Part shown: in pieces, positions 48,881-58,100 of the stretch
How positions within the stretch are numbered: position 1 is the stretch's first letter
Layout of the letters: every line of letters starts with the position of its first letter
Assembly: GCA_028826165.1 (NCBI GenBank)
Contig: JAPDFW010000060.1
Coordinates: forward strand, 186,001 to 250,000
Reading direction: 5' to 3'
From: Anaeramoeba ignava BMAN
Lineage: Eukaryota > Protista > Anaeramoebae
DNA: 64,000 bases
Notes under the pieces: model-generated
Seen by the model: the letters and a program-made list of their open reading frames with translations, nothing else
What the model was told of the DNA's origin: nothing
Databases searched by the model: none
Program-made: the position numbers and the translations under genes

Positions 48881-49462
48881 ATGGAAAAATATAAAATTCT
48901 TTTTGTTTCAGATCATCAAGTTGGAAAAACAACATTATTAATGACTTATGAACAAAAAAAGTTTCCAGAAGAATATCTTCCAGTTGTTTATGATAATCTT
49001 TTAAAAAATATGAAAATTGAAAATGAAGAATTTCAATTAATATTTTGGGATACAAGAAGAAGTGAAGATTATGATAGATTGTTTATATTAAGTTATCCTG
49101 GAACAGATTTAATTGTTATTTGTTTTGCTATTGATAATTATAATTCTTTTCAAAATATTGAATCTTTTTGGATTCCTGAAATTGAACACTATTCTCCAAA
49201 TACAAAAAAAATTTTAATTGGAACTAAAATTGATTTAAGAAATAATGAAGAAAGAATAAATCAATTAAAAGAAAGAAATGAAAAATTTGTTACAAAAGAA
49301 GAAGGAATTGAATTAGCAAAGAAAATAAATGCAATTAAATATTTTGAATGTTCTTCATTAAATCAAAAAGGAATTGAAACTATTTTTAATGAAATTGCTT
49401 TAATTTGTGTTGGAAAATATGGAAAAGAAAAAGAAAAGAAAAAAGGATGTATTTTGAATTGA
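48881..49462 (+). CDS. Rho/Rac-like GTPase #37
   Basis: Intact ORF with P-loop SDHQVGKT. Confidence 0.92.
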   Translation: MEKYKILFVSDHQVGKTTLLMTYEQKKFPEEYLPVVYDNLLKNMKIENEEFQLIFWDTRRSEDYDRLFILSYPGTDLIVICFAIDNYNSFQNIESFWIPEIEHYSPNTKKILIGTKIDLRNNEERINQLKERNEKFVTKEEGIELAKKINAIKYFECSSLNQKGIETIFNEIALICVGKYGKEKEKKKGCILN

Positions 49463-49600
49463 ATTTTGATTTTAAATTTGATTTTAAATTTGATTTTAAA
49501 TAGAATTGGAATTTGATTTTAAATTTGATTTTAAATTTGATTTTAAATTTGATTTTTATTCCAAAAAAATCATTTTTCATTTTTCATTTTTAAATAATAA

Positions 49601-50206
49601 ATGGAAAAATTTCAAGTTCTTTTTATTGGAAATTTTTACGTTGGAAAAACATCATTATTAATCACTTATAATGAAGGAAAGTTTCCAGAAAAAAATAACG
49701 AACTTTTTTATATTGATTTTTCAAAAAAATTCCAAATTAAAAATCGGGAAATTGAAATCGAATTTGAAGATTCAATTTTACCTGAAAGTTATCAAGAAGG
49801 AGTTATAGAAAAATACAAAATTAATAAAGCAAATGTGATTTCTATTTGTTTTGCAATCGATAATGATCATTCTTTCGAAGATATTGAAACAGAATGGATT
49901 CCAAAAATTGAAGAAAATTCCTCAAATCCAAAAATAATTTTAATTGGAACTAAAATTGATTTAAGAAATAAATTAAAAGAAGAAAATCAAAAATTAATTA
50001 CAAAAGAAGAAGGAATTGAATTAGCAAAGAAAATAAATGCAATTAAATATTTTGAATGTTCTTCATTAAATCAAAAAGGAATTGAAACTATTTTTAATGA
50101 AATTGCTTTAATTTGTGTTGGAAAAGATAGAAATGAACAAAATAAACAAAATGAACAAAATGAACAAAATGAACAAGAAATGAATAAGAAATGCATTTTG
50201 AATTGA
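49601..50206 (+). CDS. Rho/Rac-like GTPase #38 (most divergent switch regions)
   Basis: Intact ORF ending in KKCILN. Confidence 0.9.
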   Translation: MEKFQVLFIGNFYVGKTSLLITYNEGKFPEKNNELFYIDFSKKFQIKNREIEIEFEDSILPESYQEGVIEKYKINKANVISICFAIDNDHSFEDIETEWIPKIEENSSNPKIILIGTKIDLRNKLKEENQKLITKEEGIELAKKINAIKYFECSSLNQKGIETIFNEIALICVGKDRNEQNKQNEQNEQNEQEMNKKCILN

Positions 50207-50810
50207 TTTAAAATTGATTTAAAATTAATATAAAATTGATTTAAAATTGATTTAAAATTGATTTAAAATTGATTTAAAATTGATATAAAATTGATTTAAA
50301 ATTGATTTAAAATTGATATAAAATTGATTTAAAATTAATATAAAATTGATATAAAATTGATATAAAATTGATTTAAAATTGATATAAAATTAATATAAAA
50401 TTGATTTAAAATTAATATAAAATTAATATAAAATTAATATAAAATTGATATAAATTTTGATATAAAATTGATATATAAAATTGATTTAAAAATTGATATA
50501 AATTAATAATATAAAATTAATATAAAATTAATTTAAAATTGATTTAAAATTGATATAAAATTGATTTAAAAATTAATAAAAATTGATTTAAAATTAATAT
50601 AAAATTGATTTAAAATCGATATAAAATAATTTAAAATTAATATAAAATTAATATAAAATTGATTTAAAATTGATTTAAAATTGATATAAAATTGATTTAA
50701 AATTAATATAAAATTGATTTAAAATTGATATAAAATTGATTTAAAATTAATATAAAATTAATATAAAATTGATTTAAAATTGATTTAAAATTGATATAAA
50801 ATTGAGTTTG
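50207..50810. repeat. 11-mer satellite (TTGATTTAAAA/TTGATATAAAA)
   Basis: Direct inspection. It is the reverse complement of the unit at 12140-12520. Confidence 0.85.
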
Positions 50811-50892
50811 AAATTGATTTTGAAATTAAAAAAAGATCCAAAAAATTTTTTTCATTTTTTTTTTCATTTTTTTTAAAAAAAAAATATTTATA

Positions 50893-51684
50893 ATGGAAAT
50901 TGAAAAGAGTGAACAAAATAAAATTGAAGAGAAACAAAAGGAAAATTGGGAATTAATTAATCAAGGAGCAGAAGCAGTTAAATAAAAAATTTATTTAAAA
51001 AATTTATTTAAAAAATTTTAATTGTGTTTTAATTGTGTTTTAATTGTTTTTGACAACTAGAGAATTTATAGAACAATTTTTTATGGAAAACAAACAATAA
51101 TAAAAGAAAGATTCAGTAAAAAATATCGACATCCAAAATTAGATAAAATATTAACACAGAAAAGAGTTTCGCAAGAAGTTAAATGTATTTGTAAGTGCAG
51201 AAAAGCAGGAATTCTTGCTCCTTCAATTTATTATGTTGATAAAGAAACAAATTCAATTTTTATGGAAGATTTTAAAGATTCAATAACTTTGAAACAGTTT
51301 ATTTTTAATATAAATATTGAATCCCAAAAAGATTTATTAAATTTATCACAAACATTAAGAGAATATGGAAAAATCATTGCAAATGTTCACAATTTAAATA
51401 TAATTCATGGAGATTTAACAACATCAAATATTCTTTTGAAAATGGAAAAAAATTCATTGATTTTGATTGATTTTGGATTGAGTTATATCTCAACTAGTTT
51501 CGAAGATAAAGGTGTTGATCTCTATGTTTTAGAAAGAGCCTTTTTAAGTACTCATCCAAAATCGGAATCTTTATTTCAAGAAGTTCTTGATTCTTATAAG
51601 AAAATTGTTAATTCTTCAAAACAAATTATTCAACAATTTGAAAAAGTTAGAAAAAGAGGAAGAAAAAGAATATCATTTGGATAA
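50893..51684 (+). CDS. BUD32: EKC/KEOPS complex kinase Bud32/TP53RK (exons 50893-50976 and 51061-51684)
   Basis: QGAEA|RIY across a phase-0 GT-AG intron. Motifs KERFSKKYRHPKLD, IIHGDLTTSN, LIDFGLS, EDKGVDLYVLERAFLSTHP and VRKRGRKR. Confidence 0.95.
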
Positions 51685-51807
51685 GAAAATATCAAGATGA
51701 ATTAAGGATATCACTTTTTTTTTTTAAAAAGAGAAAAAACAAATTTTATTTTTTAATTAAAAAATTTTTCATTTTCATTTTTATTTTTTATTTTTTATTT
51801 TTCAAAA

Positions 51808-53172
51808 ATGAATATGAAAAAAATTACCATTATATTAATTATTATTATTGGAATATCTTTTTTTTTAATTTCAATTAATTTACCAAAACAAAAGGAAAAT
51901 AGAATAATTAAAGAAAAAGAAATAATTAAAGAAAAAGAAATAATTGAAAAAGAAATTGAAAAAGAAGTTATTGAAAAAGAAATAATTGAAAAAGAAGTTA
52001 AAATGTTAATAAAAGAATTATGGATTGAAGATATAGAGAAAAAAGGGAGTTCATCAATAACTTCATACAAAACAGGTGATGAAGCAATTCAACAATTTTC
52101 CAAATTTGCAAGTTGGGCACTTAAGAAAAGTCCAGCTAATTATAAAATATCCCAAATTTATGATGTTTCACCATTGGATTGTAATTCTGAAGAACAAGAA
52201 AACGCCAATTTATTTGGATCACATTTTGAAGCTACTCATAATCAAAAGGATCCAGTTTTGATTTTGGTTGATATTCAATATGGAGATGGGAATTTATATC
52301 ATGCAATCATTTCGGATCAAGGATGTAAAAAATTTTGGTGTGCGTTGAATAAGGCTTTATTTGAACTTTCAGGTGAAAATTTCACAATTGTTCGAACAAG
52401 AAGTGATCCAAATAGATATCCTTATATTGACCAAATATTTGATTCATTATCCAAAACAAAATGGAACCAAAAAAACAAATACGGCAAAATATATAATATC
52501 AAAGGTGGAAAAGATGGATTAATTTACAGTTGGGAACAAAGACCAAATACACAACGTGATGATTTGCTAGTTCAAATTTCGGAAAAAGTTGGAACTATTT
52601 TATCAAGAAGAGATAAGTTAAGTTGCGGTGATTCTGGATGTGTTCTTCTTCTCCAGAGATGCGGCGGAAGTAGACTATTATCAGATCATGAAAAAGGAAC
52701 ATTTGAAGCAATTGCGGATGAACTTAATAAAAGGGGAATACCAGTTGAAATGGCAAATTTTTGTTCTGCAAAAGCTCCAGAGCAAATTCAAGCAATGCAG
52801 AGAGCCTCTATTTTGGTTGGTGTTCATGGAGCTGGATTATCAAATATTGTGTGGCTAAAACCAGGTTCAACTGTTTTTGAAATCTCAATGAATTTTGGAT
52901 GGTGTTGTGACCCTATTCCCCAAAAAAGTACGGAATCAATTTCTAATCCTAATCCTGAACCTTGTACAGGTTCTTGCAAATCTTATCATAAATCAGATTT
53001 TTTTAACCTTGCAAAAAGATTTGGAATTGATTGGAAAGAAATTTATCCTTCTTTTACTTCTCCTTCTTTTGATCAAAATCCAGTCAATAGACGTATGGTT
53101 TTTGTTGATTCTTTTCTTCTTGCTGATTCTATTGAACAAGAATATCGCAAAAAAATTCAAAACAATTCATAA
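51808..53172 (+). CDS. Type II membrane glycosyltransferase, GT61 (EOGT/xylosyltransferase-like) family
   Basis: N-terminal signal anchor and EKEII stem. Signature EQIQAMQRASILVGVHGAGLSNIVWLKPGSTVFEI. Confidence 0.85.
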   Translation: MNMKKITIILIIIIGISFFLISINLPKQKENRIIKEKEIIKEKEIIEKEIEKEVIEKEIIEKEVKMLIKELWIEDIEKKGSSSITSYKTGDEAIQQFSKFASWALKKSPANYKISQIYDVSPLDCNSEEQENANLFGSHFEATHNQKDPVLILVDIQYGDGNLYHAIISDQGCKKFWCALNKALFELSGENFTIVRTRSDPNRYPYIDQIFDSLSKTKWNQKNKYGKIYNIKGGKDGLIYSWEQRPNTQRDDLLVQISEKVGTILSRRDKLSCGDSGCVLLLQRCGGSRLLSDHEKGTFEAIADELNKRGIPVEMANFCSAKAPEQIQAMQRASILVGVHGAGLSNIVWLKPGSTVFEISMNFGWCCDPIPQKSTESISNPNPEPCTGSCKSYHKSDFFNLAKRFGIDWKEIYPSFTSPSFDQNPVNRRMVFVDSFLLADSIEQEYRKKIQNNS

Positions 53173-53225
53173 ATTTTTGATTTTGATTTTAATTTTGATT
53201 TTAATTTTAATATTAAATTTCAATT

Positions 53226-55039
53226 TTAAATTTTAATTTTAATTTTAATTTTAATTTTGATTATTAAATTTTTAATTAATAAATCAAATAAATTTGGATT
53301 TGTTTGATTTAATTGAAAATAATCAATTCCAATTTTAATTTCATCAATTATTTCTTGTGTAATTTCAATTTCATCTTTAATTTGATTTGAATAAATCCAA
53401 TATTCAAATATTTGAAATGATTTATTACTTAATTCACTATAATCTGTAACTTTATTGGATTTATCTTCTGTTACAGATAAAAACATTCCTCGATATAATT
53501 CACTTCTCATTATTAATATTAATTTTGGAAATTTATATTGCTTTTCTTTTCTTTCAATTATAAAATCTTTTTCATTTTCATTTTCATTTTCATTTTCATT
53601 TAAATAAATTCTTTTCATTGTTTCTTCAATTTTTTCATTTAAATTTATAATTTCTTTAATTTCTGAATATAATTTTGGATTTATTATTCTGTTTGAATAA
53701 ATCATTTCAAATATTTGATTTGATTCTTTAATTGATTTATTTGAAATAATTTCTTGAAGTTTTTCAATTTGATTTTGATTTTGATTTTGATTTAATCTAT
53801 ATTTCAATATTAATTTATGAGCTTCAATTATTTCTCCATTTTCTGTTTTAAATGAAATATCACAAAATTCTTTTCTTTCAAATAATTTTATCAAATCTTC
53901 TTCAAGATTGGAAAAACGAGAAGGAGAATAATAAAGAAATGATTTGAAATATCCACAAGAAATATGATAATTAAAAATATTTTCATTAAATCTTAATTTA
54001 GGAAGTTTAATTTGAATAGGAATAAATTGAGTTTCTATATCTCCAATTCCTAATTGATTAGAGTAATTAAATCCAAATCCAATTAATTTTGAATTAGATG
54101 TTAAAATCAAATTATGATCATATCCAACAGAAAAATCAATAATATTATCATCATTTTCAAATAAAGATAATTTGATTTCAGTAAATTCATAAATATTTCT
54201 TCCAAATTTTTTGCCAAGTCCATTATATTTCCAATCTCCACATGAATAAAGTTTTCTTTTTGGATTTTTATTTTCATTTTCATTTTCAATCAACATTATT
54301 GAATGAGACATTCCACATTGAATATCAATTATTTTGCCTTTTGGAATATTTTGGATTTTGGTTAATTTTTTGTATTGTTTCTTCTTTTTTTCTCCTAATC
54401 CAAGTTGACCATCTTCATTATCACCACATCCAAATAATTTCTGATTTGAATTTAAAAGAAAAACATGTTCTGAAAAACTTCCTGAAAATATTTTAGAAAC
54501 ATTTTTCATCATTAAAATTGGTTTTTCTGTTTTTTTAAGTTTTTTAGAATCAAAACCAAGTTGACCATATTGATTTGAACCAATTCCATAAACATTTTGA
54601 TTTGAAGTTAATAAGTAAATTGAATTGTATCCAGAAACAATATCTTCAATTATTCTATCATTTTTATCTTCAATTAATGATGAAATATTGATAAATTCAT
54701 TTGGATTTTTTGAATTAATATCTCTTCCTTTGGCAAATACATTTCCTTCTATTGTTAAAATAGCTTCATTTGAATTACCAACAGTTACTTTTTGAATATT
54801 TTCTTCAATTTGAATTTTTCAGGATTTTGATTTGAATCATTTTCATTTAAATATTCTATTGCTTTTCCATTTGTAAAAAGGAAAATTGTTGCTAAATAAC
54901 CTATTGAAATTTTTTTAATTTGTTTTTCATTTTCATTTTCATTTTCAAATTTAAATTGAATTGGTTTTGTTATTTCATTTGGTTTATTTTTTAAAAGTTT
55001 TGGATTTTGATTTGAACCAAAAAATAAACAATCATTCAT
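53226..55039 (-). CDS. RCC1-like repeat + BTB/POZ domain protein (1-nt frameshift in an A-run near 54817)
   Basis: Start MNDCLFFGSNQ. RCC1 motifs GSNQYGQLG, GDNEDGQLG, IQCGMSHS, SVGYDHNLIL. BTB motifs FCDISF...AHKLIL and KDFII...LILIMRSELYRGMF. Confidence 0.85.
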
Positions 55040-55127
55040 TTTTAAAAAGAAAAAAATGAAAAATGAAAAATGATTAAATTTTAATTTTAATTTTAATTTT
55101 AATTTGAATTTATAATTTGAATCATTT

Positions 55128-58100
55128 TCAATAAAAATCATCTCGAATTAAAAGATTTGTATATAATTCATTTCCAGCTGAGTAAATTCTTGGATCTGTT
55201 CCAAAAATTGTTAACCTTTCTTCAACAATTCTCCACACATTTAAATTTTGGATTTGATTTTTTGCTTCTGTTTAGTTTGTTTTTTTTTTGAACAAATTTA
55301 TCATTTAGAATTAATTTTTTTGGAAAGATTTGAAAAAGAAAAATATTATTTTGGATTACCTGAATAAAGACTTAAACGAGATAAAGCTTTGATTGCATAA
55401 AAATTTAAATTAACAGAATTTCCATGATTTGTTAATGCTTTTAATAATAAACTAACTCCTCCATTCTCAGTTATTTTTATTCTATTTGCTATCATTTGAT
55501 TTAATATTTAATATTTAATTTAATATTTAATTTAATATTTAATATTTGATTTAATATTTGATTTAATATTTTTGATTTAATATTTGATTTAATATTTAAT
55601 ATTTAATATTTAATATTTAATATTTAATATTTGATATTTAATATTTAATATTTAATATTTAATATTTAATTTTTGATTTAATATTTAATATTTGATTTAA
55701 TATTTTGATTTAATATTTAATATTTAATATTTAATATTTAATTTTTGATTTAATATTTAATATTTGAATTAATATTTAATATTTAATATTCGATTTAATA
55801 TTTGATTTAATATTAATATTTAATATTTGATATTTAATATTTAATATTTAATATTTGATTTAATATTTGATTTAATATTTGATTTAATATTTGATTTAAT
55901 ATTCAATTTTAATTTAATATTTGATTTAATATTTAATATTTGATTTAATATTTGATTTAATATTTTAATATTTGATTTAATATTTGATTTAATATTTAAT
56001 ATTTGATTTAATATTTGATATTTGATTTAATTTTTGATTTAATATTTTATTTGATTTAATTTTTGATTTAATATTTAATATTTGATTTAATATTTGATAT
56101 TTAATATTTGATTTAATATTTGATTTAATATTTGATTTAATATTCAATTTTTAATATTTGAATTAATATTTAATATTTGATTTAATATTTGATTTAATAT
56201 TTGATTTTAATATTTGATTTAATATTCAATTTTTAATATTTGATTTAATATTTAATTTTTAATATTTAATATTTGATTTAATATTTGATTTTAATATTTG
56301 ATATTTAATATTTAATTTGATATTTAATTTAATATTTAATTTGATATTTGATTTAATTACTTGAATTTCCAGCAAGATTAAATAAAGCTAAACAACAGAA
56401 TTCTTGATTATCACTAAATTGATGTTTTTTCATTTCTTCAATAATTAACTCAATTCCATTTAAATCTCTTATTTTGATTCTGTTTACTATTTGATTTTCC
56501 AAAAGAATTATTCGTTTTAAAATTAAAATTGAAATTAAAATTAAAATCAAGTTTAAAACTAACCTTCACTTTCCGCACAAAAATTAGCTAAATTTAATGC
56601 ACATAACCTTGTAATGATTTCACCTTCCTTAAATTTTTGGAATGTTTTTATTATTGCTTTAATTCCTTGAAATTCTTCAATTTGTTTTGCTACTCCTAAA
56701 TTATTTTGAGTATTTTTTTAAATAATTGAAATTTTTAATAAATTTTTAATAAATTTTTTAATAAAATTTCTTTTTGATTTCAATTCACTTGGATTTGATA
56801 CCACGAATACCAAAATTAGCAAAGCATTAATAATCACTTCATATAAATTTGGGAAATTTGTTAATATTTTAATAATTGGTGGAATTCCTCCTAAATTTAC
56901 AAAAGAAGAACGATTTTCTTCACAAAAAGAAGAAAGAATAATTTTTTATGGAATTTTTTTAATCATTTTGAAAATTTTTGATTATTCTTTTTTAATCAAG
57001 AAAAATCAATTCCTTTTTCTTTTTGAAGAAAATACCTTTTTTTTCACAAATACTTGAAAATGCTAAAATTGCATTTTCTTGAATTTCAGGTTCATTTGGA
57101 AAATTTTCCATAGATTTAATTATTGTTTCAATTCCTCCTAATTGTACTATTTTCATTTCATTTTCTTTTTTGATTTTGATTTTAATTTTGATTTTAATTT
57201 TAATTTTGATTTTAATTTTGATTTTAATTTTAATTTTAATTTTGATTTTGATTTTAATTTTGATTTTGATTTTGATTTTGATTTTAATTTTGATTTTGAT
57301 TTTGATTTAGATTTTGATTTTAATTTTAATTTTGATTTTGATTTTAAATTTAAATTTGATTTTAATTTTTATTTTGATTTTGATTTTGATTTTGATTTTG
57401 ATTTTAATTTTGATTTTGATTTTGATTTTGATTTTGATTCTGATTTTGATTTTGATTTTAATTTTAATTTTAATTTTAATTTTGATTTTGATTTTGATTT
57501 TGATTTTGATTTTGATTTTAATTTTGATTTTGATTTTGATTTTGATTTTAATTTTTTTAATTTTGATTTTAATTTTGATTTTGATTTTGATTTTGATTTT
57601 GATTTTGATTTTGATTTTGATTTTTGATTTTTTGATTTTAATTTTAATTTTTGATTTTTAATTTTAATTTTAATTTTGATTTTGATTTTGATTTTGATTT
57701 TTTGATTTTTTATTTTCAAGTCCACGTAAAGCAGCACATCCATTTATTTGAATTTTTTTAGCATTTTTAAATTTATTCATTGCGGAAATAATTTGTTCAA
57801 TCCCAAATAATTCACGAATTACTATTTGATTTGCTTTTGATTTGTTTTTTGGAATGAAAATCAAAATTAAAACCAAAATTAAAATTAAAATTAACTTACT
57901 TTCATCAATAGAAAATTTTTTCATTGCAAAAAGTGCATTTTCTTGAAGTTCTGTATTGTTTGGAAAGTTTTTCATTGCTTCAATAATAAGTCGAATTCCT
58001 CCAAATACTTGAATTAATTCTTGATTTTGTGCTTTATTATTTAATTATTATTTAATTATTATTGAATTTATATTTTATTTATTTTTAATTAATATTTAAT

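Larger units (their letters stand above)
18008..50206 (+). other. Tandem array of 38 intronless Rho/Rac-like small GTPase genes
   Basis: Repeated GxxxxGK[ST], YIPTV-like switch I, CFAID, GTK[IM]DLR, Rho insert, YFECSS and a polybasic + CILN tail. All copies are on the + strand. Confidence 0.97.

Noticed and set aside
18008-50206. CRISPR-like or DGR/cassette-switching reading of the constant-block/variable-block periodicity
   Set aside because: Each unit is a full gene with its own ATG, stop and upstream element. There is no cas gene, reverse transcriptase, recombinase or template repeat in the window.
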